A stretch of DNA of 64,000 nucleotides from IMG/VR virus record IMGVR_UViG_3300037419_000317. One strand, given 5' to 3'. The position numbers and the translations under genes are program-made. Positions 1-7,591 of this stretch are shown here, piece by piece. This DNA is from a virus. The notes under the pieces are model-generated. The model had not been told where the DNA came from. It searched no databases and saw nothing but the letters and a program-made list of their open reading frames with translations. How positions within the stretch are numbered: the stretch's first letter is position 1; each line of letters opens with the position of its first letter.

Positions 1-2
1 AC

Positions 3-194
3 CGCCGAGCCTACCTGACCGCATCGAACATTCTTGCGACCAGCATGCAGCCCACGGAAGAAATGATTCTGGAGGCGTGCCAAACGCTCGCAGCCGTGCT
101 GTCCGACCTGTCTGACGATCCGGTGCATATCATTCCTCTTTCATCCGAGGATGTGTACGTTCTGGTTGATAAATCCACCTCTCAGGACAGCTGA
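3..194 (+). CDS. 3' end of a CDS starting upstream of the window (hypothetical)
   Basis: Frame 3 is open from the window edge to TGA 192-194 (63 codons ending ...VYVLVDKSTSQDS). GC-rich like the next genes. Start not visible. Confidence 0.35.
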   Translation, partial: RRAYLTASNILATSMQPTEEMILEACQTLAAVLSDLSDDPVHIIPLSSEDVYVLVDKSTSQDS

Positions 195-207
195 AAGGGG
201 GCGACAA

Positions 208-1356
208 GTGAAACCGCGCATCGAAACTTTTAAAGACCTTGGGATACCAACCATGACCAACACTACCCAACTGAACAGCAGCGCAACGAGCATCGACTTG
301 AACAAGCTGGAAGCACTGGCACGCGCAGCGACGCCGGGACCGTACTTCGTCGTAAACCATCCTGACGGCGCGTGGACAATCCAAACAAGAGAAACCGGCG
401 TTGGGCTGTGCATAGCTCAGAAATACGCGGACGCAACCAGAGAAACCGCTGACTTCATCGCAGCCGCTGATCCTGCCGTCATCCGCGCCCTGATCGACCT
501 CGCTCGCCGCGCCACAGCACCGCAAGCGGCCAAAGTGGCTTCGCACGAAGACACAACCACGGATCAGGCCGGGCAGTGGGTCCGCTGTACGCCGAACCTG
601 ATCCTTGCAGGCGTGGATTGCGCCAAGACGCCCCGCCGCGACGGTGACGGTACGCACTCACACGATCACTTCATCAGCCATGCATCCCCTGCGTCCACCA
701 CGGTAAGCGCGAGCGGGGAGCCTATCTACATGGTCAAGCGCGCCAAGCATGGCGGCGGCTGGGTAGATGCAACGAAAGAGCAGTACGGTGCAGCCGCAGA
801 CTGGAATCGCCGCATCGTCTACCGCGCCTCAGCACTGGTGAACGAGAGTGAACAACCCAGCCGTGGGGCTGCTGTACCGCAGATCAAGAAGTGGGAGGAG
901 CGTAAAGCTGAGTTCGAAAAAGACGGCGCGAAGTGGTACAGCGACGAACAATACCGCGATGCCGAAATTGCCGACCTGCGCGCCGCCCTCATCGCCACGG
1001 GAGCGAACCTACACACGGCAGTTCGAGAAGCGTGGCGGGCCAACGCGAAGGCTTCTGCCCTTGCTGGCCGTGAGGCTGCACCTGTCGGCAAGGCAGCAGA
1101 TGACGCGATGTGGAACCTGTTGGAGTTCTACCAGCACGACGCCAAGGGCCGCGTCGTAATTGAGGAATGCCGCGAAGCTGTGCGCGCCGCCCTTGCTGAC
1201 CGTGTGACTGCACCGCTGCCGTCATTTAGCGTTAGCCGGTTTAGCGATACGAAACAGCGCGGGGTTCTGGTCATCTTTGAACGGCCAATTTCGGACGATG
1301 AAGTGGAAGCGGTTCGCGCCGCACTCGCCCAGTACAACGGAGGCAGTAATGAATGA
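208..1356 (+). CDS. Ea22/ead-like early protein (hypothetical)
   Basis: Long ORF. The LEALARAATPGPYFVV motif and the charged helical middle resemble the lambdoid ead/Ea22 family by eye. GTG 208 follows an AAGGGGG SD; ATG 253 is the alternative start. Confidence 0.5.
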   Translation: MKPRIETFKDLGIPTMTNTTQLNSSATSIDLNKLEALARAATPGPYFVVNHPDGAWTIQTRETGVGLCIAQKYADATRETADFIAAADPAVIRALIDLARRATAPQAAKVASHEDTTTDQAGQWVRCTPNLILAGVDCAKTPRRDGDGTHSHDHFISHASPASTTVSASGEPIYMVKRAKHGGGWVDATKEQYGAAADWNRRIVYRASALVNESEQPSRGAAVPQIKKWEERKAEFEKDGAKWYSDEQYRDAEIADLRAALIATGANLHTAVREAWRANAKASALAGREAAPVGKAADDAMWNLLEFYQHDAKGRVVIEECREAVRAALADRVTAPLPSFSVSRFSDTKQRGVLVIFERPISDDEVEAVRAALAQYNGGSNE

Positions 1357-1597
1357 CAAGCAAATCGACGCTATCGCGCGCAAGTACGCTGGTATGGGCG
1401 GCATCGAAGACTACCGGGCGTTTGCGAAGGAGATCGCCGCAGCAACGCCTGTAGACGCTATTCAGCTTGCACGAACCATGCTGGAGAGCGGCTATCAGTC
1501 CGGCCACATGGTCAGCGAAGCGGCGGCACAGGACATGCTGAAACAATTTAATGATGCTGTCCGGGAGACAGCCGCGCCGGAAGGAGAAAAAGCATGA
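1349..1597 (+). CDS. hypothetical protein (82 aa)
   Basis: GGAGG SD. ATG overlaps the upstream stop (ATGAATGA). Internal start of track ORF 1277-1597. Confidence 0.6.
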   Translation: MNDKQIDAIARKYAGMGGIEDYRAFAKEIAAATPVDAIQLARTMLESGYQSGHMVSEAAAQDMLKQFNDAVRETAAPEGEKA

Positions 1598-2151
1598 GTT
1601 GCCAATGCGAAACCGCAAGCATTTGCTTCATCAACGGTGGCTGTCTGGAAAAAAGCACGAAATGGGATACGGAAGCCACCACCCAGCCAGCAGCGCCTGT
1701 AGTGGACGCCAAGGATCGCCGCATCCAGTTCCTCGAAGGACTACTCAAGGCGTACGGCCCGAAGTCGCTGCAATACGACATCGAGCACCCGAACGATGGG
1801 CTCAATGCGGCAACATCCGTTCCGCCTGCTGTAGAGCTGCCGCCGCTGCCACCGATGGACTGCACTTATGCGGACCATTCGTATCCGGCTTACAAGTGCA
1901 AAACTGTTGAAAAGCTCTACAGCGACTTGGCCGCATGTGTCGCCGCCGCTCGCAGCGCGCCAGTGGGCGTGCCGGAAGGGTGGAAGGCTGTGCCTTGCAA
2001 CATACCCGATTCGATGCGTATCCCACTACTACAAGCACTCGGCCTGCCCGGTACTTCAATCAACGTCAACAAGCTTAAACGCGGGTGGCACAAGGCACTC
2101 GCCGCTGCCCCATCGCATAGCGAATGCGATAGCAATGGGCAGACAAAATGA
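1594..2151 (+). CDS. hypothetical protein (185 aa)
   Basis: ATGA start/stop overlap with the upstream gene. Cys-rich N-terminus CQCETASICFINGGC. Confidence 0.6.
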   Translation: MSCQCETASICFINGGCLEKSTKWDTEATTQPAAPVVDAKDRRIQFLEGLLKAYGPKSLQYDIEHPNDGLNAATSVPPAVELPPLPPMDCTYADHSYPAYKCKTVEKLYSDLAACVAAARSAPVGVPEGWKAVPCNIPDSMRIPLLQALGLPGTSINVNKLKRGWHKALAAAPSHSECDSNGQTK

Positions 2152-2477
2152 AGATTACTTTTAGCCGTAACCATAACGGCGACCCTATCGTATCGGTGGA
2201 TGGCACTGTTGTTGACCTTGCTAAAAATTGTGAAGGTTGGGACTACCTTGTTGCACACACTATTTTATTTGGCAAACAAGAGGTAGTGATGCGTGAAGGG
2301 TTCAGGCTGGTTCCGGTAGACAGCCTGCGAAAGCTGCACCTGCTGATCGACCCTGAACCAGCTGTTGTTGATGGGACTGCATACGTCTTCAAGAACCCGA
2401 TGGCTGCCGATGTGCTCACAAAGATCAGCGCAATAGTGCGTGACATGCTAGCCGACATCCCATCAAAACATAAATAA
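2148..2477 (+). CDS. hypothetical protein (109 aa)
   Basis: ATGA overlap with the upstream gene. Last gene of the GC-rich block. Confidence 0.6.
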   Translation: MKITFSRNHNGDPIVSVDGTVVDLAKNCEGWDYLVAHTILFGKQEVVMREGFRLVPVDSLRKLHLLIDPEPAVVDGTAYVFKNPMAADVLTKISAIVRDMLADIPSKHK

Positions 2478-2493
2478 ATTTCTTAAGAAATTT
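2476..2493. promoter_or_regulatory. 18-bp perfect palindrome AAATTTCTTAAGAAATTT abutting a -35 element
   Basis: Read directly. Ends 1 nt before TTGACA 2495-2500. Sits exactly at the GC-rich/AT-rich boundary. Confidence 0.6.
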
Positions 2494-2494
2494 C

Positions 2495-2523
2495 TTGACA
2501 GCGCCCGACAAGGGCGCTATTCT
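2495..2523 (+). promoter_or_regulatory. sigma70-like promoter with a hairpin in the spacer
   Basis: TTGACA-N17-TATTCT. The spacer GCGCCC-GACAA-GGGCGC is itself a terminator-like hairpin. Confidence 0.5.
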
Positions 2524-2567
2524 TATGCACATAGATGAACACAACGTAGTTACAACAGGAGAACATC

Positions 2568-2741
2568 ATGGCAAACATGAGCTATTGCAGGTTTCAGAAC
2601 ACTCTGGAAGACCTTCGGGATTGCTACGAAGAGATGAATCAGTATCTTGATATTTACACTATGGAGTTGAGTGAAGAAGAAATGAAAGCGATGAAAGCAC
2701 TCATCAAACTGTGCCGGAAAATTGCTGACGAGAACGAGTAA
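2568..2741 (+). CDS. hypothetical small protein (57 aa)
   Basis: Below the ORF-track cutoff. AGGAG SD. Translated by hand as MANMSYCRFQNTLEDLRDCYEEM...ADENE with no in-frame stop. Confidence 0.6.
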   Translation: MANMSYCRFQNTLEDLRDCYEEMNQYLDIYTMELSEEEMKAMKALIKLCRKIADENE

Positions 2742-2744
2742 ATT

Positions 2745-3083
2745 ATGAGAACCATTCCAGAATTTATCGAACAACTGCTTGAGGCCGGAATAGAAGTGGG
2801 CCTCACGCGAGAAGGGTTCACTGTAGATGGTTTCTACAAGAGTGGCGAAGTGAGGATTGTCCCATCCACTGTAGAAGGAAGCTGGATTTGTCATCAGCGT
2901 TACAACAAAACTGACACTGTTGAAAACCTTCATGATATTGTGGGAATCAACCACCATTGGTGGCTCCACTCTAAGGAACGTTCTGAGTTTTGGGAACAAC
3001 CCGACCTTGTGTGGGCACCATTGCTGGTGAAATTTGGCTACATTAAAGAGAAAACTATTCCTGAAAGGAAAGTGTATGAATAA
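2745..3083 (+). CDS. hypothetical protein (112 aa)
   Basis: Starts 3 nt after the upstream stop, same strand. Confidence 0.6.
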   Translation: MRTIPEFIEQLLEAGIEVGLTREGFTVDGFYKSGEVRIVPSTVEGSWICHQRYNKTDTVENLHDIVGINHHWWLHSKERSEFWEQPDLVWAPLLVKFGYIKEKTIPERKVYE

Positions 3084-3243
3084 TTACAGCAAGCTTCTGG
3101 CAGAATACCTAGAAAAACACTTCGTAGAAATTGATCGTTATCAGCATTTCGAAGGAATGAACACCGTCCCAACCCTTGACCAGTTGCTTAATCTGGAGGC
3201 ACTTGTGAAAATGGCTATTGAGGCTAAACTTCAGAGTATATAA
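3076..3243 (+). CDS. hypothetical protein (55 aa)
   Basis: Internal ATG of track ORF 3034-3243. AAAGGAAAG SD. 8-nt overlap with the upstream gene. Confidence 0.5.
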   Translation: MNNYSKLLAEYLEKHFVEIDRYQHFEGMNTVPTLDQLLNLEALVKMAIEAKLQSI

Positions 3244-3878
3244 TGACCAACAAAGAACAACTCCAAAAGAAAATCTCCAACCTTGATGTTGAGATTACTC
3301 CTTTACAGGAACAGAAACAAGCTATCACTAGCCAAATGGACAAGCTTTTTAAGAAACGTAAAAAACTTGTGGAACAACTATCTAAACTTGAACTTGAAGA
3401 ACTGCCTGCCAATCCTGAAGATTATTCGTCAGAGCATTGGAAATACATCCTGCATGAAACTGAAGGGATGGACCGTTACTACTTCTGCCAGAGCGTTGTT
3501 GAAAAATATGGGCTGAGGTTCAGTGGATATCAGCCTACCACCAATCAGAAATGTCTACAGCTTTGCTTTGTGCGAGACGACAAGGAAGTGTATAATAATC
3601 ATCTGAAGCTTCTAAAGATGATTTTGCCGAGTATTATTCCTTGTGATATTGAATGTGAGGATGGTAGCGTCAAAGGCAAGTATCTTGGCATTCTTGATAG
3701 CGGCCTGTCAGAATATGCAGTCTATTTCGCTATTGTCAACGAGGAGCAAGGTATTTATTGGGCAATGCAGACCCGATATTGCAGTGTCACTTGCAATGGC
3801 AAATTCGATAGTTTGGAGAAGTTGATGGAATATCTGAATACCAATCACTACTACTACCGCACAAAAAAGGATGATTGA
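3243..3878 (+). CDS. hypothetical protein with N-terminal coiled coil (211 aa)
   Basis: TAATG stop/start overlap. The first ~50 aa are heptad-like (LQEQKQAITSQMDKLFKKRKKLVEQLSKLELEE). Confidence 0.65.
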   Translation: MTNKEQLQKKISNLDVEITPLQEQKQAITSQMDKLFKKRKKLVEQLSKLELEELPANPEDYSSEHWKYILHETEGMDRYYFCQSVVEKYGLRFSGYQPTTNQKCLQLCFVRDDKEVYNNHLKLLKMILPSIIPCDIECEDGSVKGKYLGILDSGLSEYAVYFAIVNEEQGIYWAMQTRYCSVTCNGKFDSLEKLMEYLNTNHYYYRTKKDD

Positions 3879-3926
3879 AATGACCAAATCAAAACTACTC
3901 AATTCAATTTCTGAGGACTTGCCTCG

Positions 3927-4115
3927 ATGAAAACTATACAAGAAATCTTATCCTTTCGACCGCAAACAGCTCCTGTTGAGCACGGCCAAGAGCCTGCTAT
4001 ATACGAAATGGTATACTCCTACTACCGCAGCAGTGGAATGTCGTTTGAAGAAGCTGAAAAGAGCACAAGAGATTATGTGAAAGCCCTTGTTAGATATAGT
4101 GAGAGTGTTGATTAG
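3927..4115 (+). CDS. hypothetical protein (62 aa)
   Basis: GAGGA SD upstream. Tight packing. Confidence 0.55.
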   Translation: MKTIQEILSFRPQTAPVEHGQEPAIYEMVYSYYRSSGMSFEEAEKSTRDYVKALVRYSESVD

Positions 4116-4367
4116 ATGAATCTACTACATAAACCCCTCCTGCGAACATTCTTCGTTGTGTGTTTGCTATGTACATCCCCTTTGTGGGCTTCTTTGTTGT
4201 CAGACCCATACGGAGGCATCTTGACAGCATTACAATTTGCTGTAGGGGTGTATTTATTCTTCTGGGCATTTGATAAAAATGAAGGTGTGTGGAATGCCGT
4301 GTTGCTTTACGGTCTGTTCTTTGGTATCTTCTTTGTTCTGCTGCTGATTGCTTACCCACATCACTAA
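4116..4367 (+). CDS. small membrane protein (83 aa)
   Basis: Starts right after the upstream stop. Hydrophobic helices FFVVCLLCTSPLWASLL, VGVYLFFWAF and LLYGLFFGIFFVLLLIAY. Confidence 0.6.
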   Translation: MNLLHKPLLRTFFVVCLLCTSPLWASLLSDPYGGILTALQFAVGVYLFFWAFDKNEGVWNAVLLYGLFFGIFFVLLLIAYPHH

Positions 4368-4377
4368 GGAGAAAGAA

Positions 4378-4533
4378 ATGCAATACAAAGGACGAAAACT
4401 CAACCCTCCGCACATCATCCTGATTCGTTGCCTGCTCTACCCTCTGCTAAAGTTGCTGGGCTTGATGATGGCTGGCGTACTGGTGGTCGGGTGGGGATGG
4501 GACGAAGGGAAAGACTTTTGGGAGGGGTTGTGA
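4378..4533 (+). CDS. small membrane protein (51 aa)
   Basis: AAGGAG SD. Hydrophobic helix LLGLMMAGVLVVGWGW. Confidence 0.5.
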   Translation: MQYKGRKLNPPHIILIRCLLYPLLKLLGLMMAGVLVVGWGWDEGKDFWEGL

Positions 4534-4706
4534 AACACTCAGAAATCAAAGTAGGTATGCGCGTATTTGATCTTCTTCCCAGCCTTGGATATGGTGAAGT
4601 GGTAAAAGTCAACAAGAAAACCGTGTGGGTGTTATTTTATAAGTACTACAATACCGAACCTGTGATCTACGACATTCCGCACTTGCAGTTTTTGGAGAAG
4701 GCATAA
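4530..4706 (+). CDS. hypothetical protein (58 aa)
   Basis: GTG 4530 in a GTGA overlap with the upstream stop, after a GGGAGGGG SD. Same frame as track ORF 4428-4706. Confidence 0.45.
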   Translation: MKHSEIKVGMRVFDLLPSLGYGEVVKVNKKTVWVLFYKYYNTEPVIYDIPHLQFLEKA

Positions 4707-5002
4707 TGCCCGGTAAATCTGTAAGCTTTCAGAGGCTTGTACAAAGTAAATTTAGTTTGAAATTCCAGAACGAAATCCACAAGCAATCTAGAACCTGTTC
4801 TGGAAACCTCCTACCCCATGTGGTCAACGAGGGGGCTTTTCCATTTCCTGTCTAGTTTAAACTTTGTGGGGTCTTGAAAGGCGTTCTGAAAATATAGGGT
4901 AGAACTCCTGAAATCGCTGTGTGAGTGTGCTGCTACACTACTACACCTAGAATGCTATCAGGCTTATCGACTTGATAGTATTTACAAAAAGTATAGGCGA
5001 GC

Positions 5003-5052
5003 GCGGATTAGTCAAGCGACCGGATGACCTTGAGTGAGACTAGCATAGCAAA
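5003..5052. repeat. bipartite element GCGGATTAG-N30-AGCATAGCAAA, copy 1
   Basis: Both boxes are identical, with the same 30-nt spacing as copy 2 at 5967-6016. Confidence 0.8.
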
Positions 5053-5326
5053 CATTTTTACAGGCCGTCAAGCGGTTTTCTATAAAAATTTTGTGCGTCT
5101 CACATCTGCAACACATAGCAAGTTTAAAGAGCTTCCCTTGCCCCTGTAGCGGCGCGTTATGGCGCTACGTCTCCCTACAGGCTTGTCCGGTCTGGTGCGC
5201 CTATGCAGTCGCCCCCACAAGCCCAATGAGAGACATTCTACAGCGCCGCACAGGAGGAAAACTGTTGTCTCAGAAGAAATAAAAATGTGCTTTAGTCGTC
5301 TATACAACTTTCTTTTAAAATACCTG

Positions 5327-5355
5327 TTGACATCACCTACTAGATGACCTAAGAT
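5327..5355 (+). promoter_or_regulatory. sigma70-like promoter
   Basis: TTGACA-N17-TAAGAT. The dyad-motif core GTCTATACAA (5298-5307) lies 19 nt upstream of the -35. Confidence 0.6.
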
Positions 5356-5390
5356 GGCTACAGCTAAACAACATTCTTACAGAGGCAAGC

Positions 5391-5582
5391 ATGAAAACTC
5401 GTGAAGAACTTAAACAAGAATTTATCAGCCTGCGCAATGCACAAGTAAAGCGCCCACCGTCCAGCAATAAAAGGTTGTGGAACCTGTACATGGATCATCT
5501 CAACGAATCCGAAGCGCTGGCAGAGATGAAGTCTAACGAAGGTCTGGAAAGCGCAATCAAACGTCTGAAAGAAGGGAAATAA
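5391..5582 (+). CDS. hypothetical protein (63 aa)
   Basis: AGAGG SD. First ORF after promoter 5327-5355. Confidence 0.6.
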   Translation: MKTREELKQEFISLRNAQVKRPPSSNKRLWNLYMDHLNESEALAEMKSNEGLESAIKRLKEGK

Positions 5583-5584
5583 TC

Positions 5585-5698
5585 ATGCCTCACATCACTA
5601 GCGCAGCATACAAAGCATGGCAACAAAGTTACTGTGGACTCCCCTTCGCGGAATGGTTGGAGCAACAAAAGCAAGCTGGCAAATTCTGGGGAGCGTAG
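5585..5698 (+). CDS. hypothetical small protein (37 aa)
   Basis: GAAGGGAAA SD. Starts 2 nt after the upstream stop. Translated by hand; short. Confidence 0.35.
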   Translation: MPHITSAAYKAWQQSYCGLPFAEWLEQQKQAGKFWGA

Positions 5699-5702
5699 CA
5701 TT

Positions 5703-5867
5703 ATGCAAAATTTCAAAGTTGGTCAAGTTGTAGAATATGCCTCTTACGGTGCGGTAAAGCTTGCCGGTATCGTCCGCATTAGTAACGATGGTAAAATCCT
5801 ACATCTTGATAATGGGCGCTGGATGTTTGCCGAAAGCTGCAAACTTGTAACCGTGAACGGAGACTAA
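5703..5867 (+). CDS. hypothetical protein (54 aa)
   Basis: GGGGAG SD. Internal ATG of track ORF 5634-5867. Terminator hairpins follow. Confidence 0.5.
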   Translation: MQNFKVGQVVEYASYGAVKLAGIVRISNDGKILHLDNGRWMFAESCKLVTVNGD

Positions 5868-5910
5868 CAACGCTTCCTAGCCGCCTTCGGGCGGGAGGGC
5901 GTTTCACTAG

Positions 5911-5936
5911 GCCCGGCTTTACCGGGCTTTTCTTCG
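5911..5936 (+). terminator. rho-independent terminator
   Basis: GCCCGG-CTTTA-CCGGGC followed by TTTTCTT. A second hairpin CCGCC-TTCG-GGCGG lies just upstream. Confidence 0.7.
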
Positions 5937-5966
5937 TCTGTACACCTACAAAGCAAACGCGCAGGA

Positions 5967-6016
5967 GCGGATTAGAGCCGCACCATTACGTCGAGCTACA
6001 TACAAAGCATAGCAAA
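5967..6016. repeat. bipartite element GCGGATTAG-N30-AGCATAGCAAA, copy 2
   Basis: See copy 1. Same boxes, same 30-nt spacer length. Confidence 0.8.
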
Positions 6017-6105
6017 GCTTTCCAGCACATGCAAGAAATAGTTTGTAACAAACTTATGTCTCTTAAATACAACAATTGTATAGACAACTTTCTGTTGAAA
6101 TCCTC

Positions 6106-6134
6106 TTGCATTCTTATTTTTGTTGTGCTATCCT
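6106..6134 (+). promoter_or_regulatory. sigma70-like promoter
   Basis: TTGCAT-N17-TATCCT. Dyad motif TTGTATAGACAA (6076-6087) lies 18 nt upstream of the -35. Confidence 0.45.
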
Positions 6135-6165
6135 ATATTTGTAACTTACTTAACCGGAGCTAAAA

Positions 6166-6477
6166 ATGGTTCATTACGAATGGGACGTTGAAATACTCAC
6201 TGCTTGCGAAAGTGAGCAATACGAAGAAAACGAAGTATTAGATCATCATTTTCAAGATTCCTTTGCCGACTGTATTAAAGAGCTTGCACAGCCGCTAGAA
6301 GAAGGCTTGCGCCGCGCTGTAGTGCTAGTGTGTGATGATGACAATGGGCGCTCTTGGGCCTATCTGGAAGATGGCAAGTTGCCAGAATACTTTGTGGATG
6401 CCTACCAAAATCAGGCGCGCAAGGTTCCCCAGAAATTCCATAAGGAAGTGTCAAACAACAAGTATGATGTAAAGTAA
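6166..6477 (+). CDS. hypothetical acidic protein (103 aa)
   Basis: CGGAG SD. ORF track. Confidence 0.6.
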   Translation: MVHYEWDVEILTACESEQYEENEVLDHHFQDSFADCIKELAQPLEEGLRRAVVLVCDDDNGRSWAYLEDGKLPEYFVDAYQNQARKVPQKFHKEVSNNKYDVK

Positions 6478-6479
6478 GC

Positions 6480-6509
6480 TTGACAGGGGCCGCTAAAGCG
6501 GCCATTCTT
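6480..6509 (+). terminator. terminator hairpin embedded in a promoter-like TTGACA-N17-CATTCT frame
   Basis: GGCCGC-TAAA-GCGGCC (6488-6503) directly after the stop of 6166-6477. Same layout as 2495-2523. Confidence 0.5.
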
Positions 6510-6537
6510 GTCTATACAAGAATCTTTAAAATTACTC

Positions 6538-6566
6538 TTGCTTTCCTGCTCCGGCTGTACTATGCT
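6538..6566 (+). promoter_or_regulatory. sigma70-like promoter
   Basis: TTGCTT-N17-TATGCT. Dyad motif CTTGTCTATACAAG (6507-6520) lies 17 nt upstream of the -35. Confidence 0.55.
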
Positions 6567-6599
6567 CTAGCTGTCGATATCAATTTTATGGAGACTACA

Positions 6600-6785
6600 A
6601 TGCAGAAAATCACTATCAGCCGCAACAAACGCGAGGGCCGCTATGCTGGCAAACGCGCATACTACAAATTCTCTGATTGCAACGATGATGCTATCAAATT
6701 TCCAACTAAGCATTGGCGCGTAGGCTCATGGGGATTTGACAGCCTGAAATCCTACGGCAAATTCCTGCGAAGCATTGGAGAGTAG
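6600..6785 (+). CDS. hypothetical protein (61 aa)
   Basis: GGAG SD 6 nt upstream. Internal ATG of track ORF 6480-6785, whose 5' part overlaps the promoter. Confidence 0.55.
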   Translation: MQKITISRNKREGRYAGKRAYYKFSDCNDDAIKFPTKHWRVGSWGFDSLKSYGKFLRSIGE

Positions 6786-6789
6786 CAGA

Positions 6790-6921
6790 ATGTACATCAG
6801 ACACACTTGCTACGTTCCCGAGCGATCCAGCGAGCTTATCTTTGTGCTGGCTCTTGCTATCTTCGTCGGCCTGTGCGTATGCTTTGCATGGGCTTGTGAC
6901 CATACGTTGTTTGTTGCTTGA
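6790..6921 (+). CDS. possible membrane peptide (43 aa)
   Basis: Hand-translated. Hydrophobic core LIFVLALAIFVGLCVCFAWA. Short. Confidence 0.35.
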   Translation: MYIRHTCYVPERSSELIFVLALAIFVGLCVCFAWACDHTLFVA

Positions 6922-6932
6922 AAGGGCTGGAA

Positions 6933-7133
6933 ATGTCTACTACTACTCATATTGACTTTGCATGGCAAACCAAGGAATCCACTGAAGAGGTTGCACACGC
7001 CCTTGAGGCTTCCTTGTCACAGGCGCTCCCGCATGTCGGAGGTATGCTACCTGACACTGAATGGGAGTCTCGGTACAGTCATCAAAAGATGCGAGTGACA
7101 ATGATTGTTGAGATTTTGGAAGAGTTTGCCTGA
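6933..7133 (+). CDS. hypothetical protein (66 aa)
   Basis: Internal ATG of track ORF 6918-7133, after GGGCTGGAA. Confidence 0.5.
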   Translation: MSTTTHIDFAWQTKESTEEVAHALEASLSQALPHVGGMLPDTEWESRYSHQKMRVTMIVEILEEFA

Positions 7134-7167
7134 CAGCTTGTATAGACAAGAAAATGTACAGAAAAGC

Positions 7168-7197
7168 TTGACAGGTAGGAATAGCAAGCTTTACTAT
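7168..7197 (+). promoter_or_regulatory. sigma70-like promoter
   Basis: TTGACA-N18-TACTAT. Dyad motif CTTGTATAGACAAG (7137-7150) lies 17 nt upstream of the -35. Confidence 0.6.
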
Positions 7198-7244
7198 AGA
7201 GCCACATTCAACGAACGCCCTAGAGGGCAGAGGGAACGGAAGTC

Positions 7245-7559
7245 ATGCAAGCATTCAACATCAAACGCGGTAGGAAAATCATTGACACAGTGTTCTACAA
7301 TGACAGCCCGAAGGAATCGGCAGCGGACATCGAAAAAGCGCTGAAGGCTCGCGGGGAAATGCCGGATGATTGCTACGTTACCAAGGTGCGCCGGAAGATG
7401 AAGGATGAGTTTGAGATTCAAGGTAATTATGGGCATGGATGGGATGTTGAATGCACCGAAGAAACCCGCAAGGAAGCTAATCAGCGGCTGAAGGAATACC
7501 GCGAGAATGCGGGAACTGTCGGGCAGCATCGAATTGTGCATCGTCGGGTTCCGGTTTAA
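7245..7559 (+). CDS. hypothetical protein (104 aa)
   Basis: GGAAG SD. ORF track. Confidence 0.6.
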   Translation: MQAFNIKRGRKIIDTVFYNDSPKESAADIEKALKARGEMPDDCYVTKVRRKMKDEFEIQGNYGHGWDVECTEETRKEANQRLKEYRENAGTVGQHRIVHRRVPV

Positions 7560-7591
7560 ATAAAGCTTTGGCACACAACAGGTAAATTATC

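Noticed and set aside
1-2480. The GC-rich left end as host chromosome flanking a prophage.
   Set aside because: Its genes are phage-type (Ea22-like). They are co-oriented and translationally coupled like the rest of the arm. No att-like repeat, tRNA or integrase lies at the boundary.
5080-5347. Track ORFs 5080-5307 (-), 5091-5282 (+) and 5159-5347 (+).
   Set aside because: They overlap one another in a hairpin-rich non-coding stretch. They have no SD and Arg/Cys-rich composition, so they are likely spurious.
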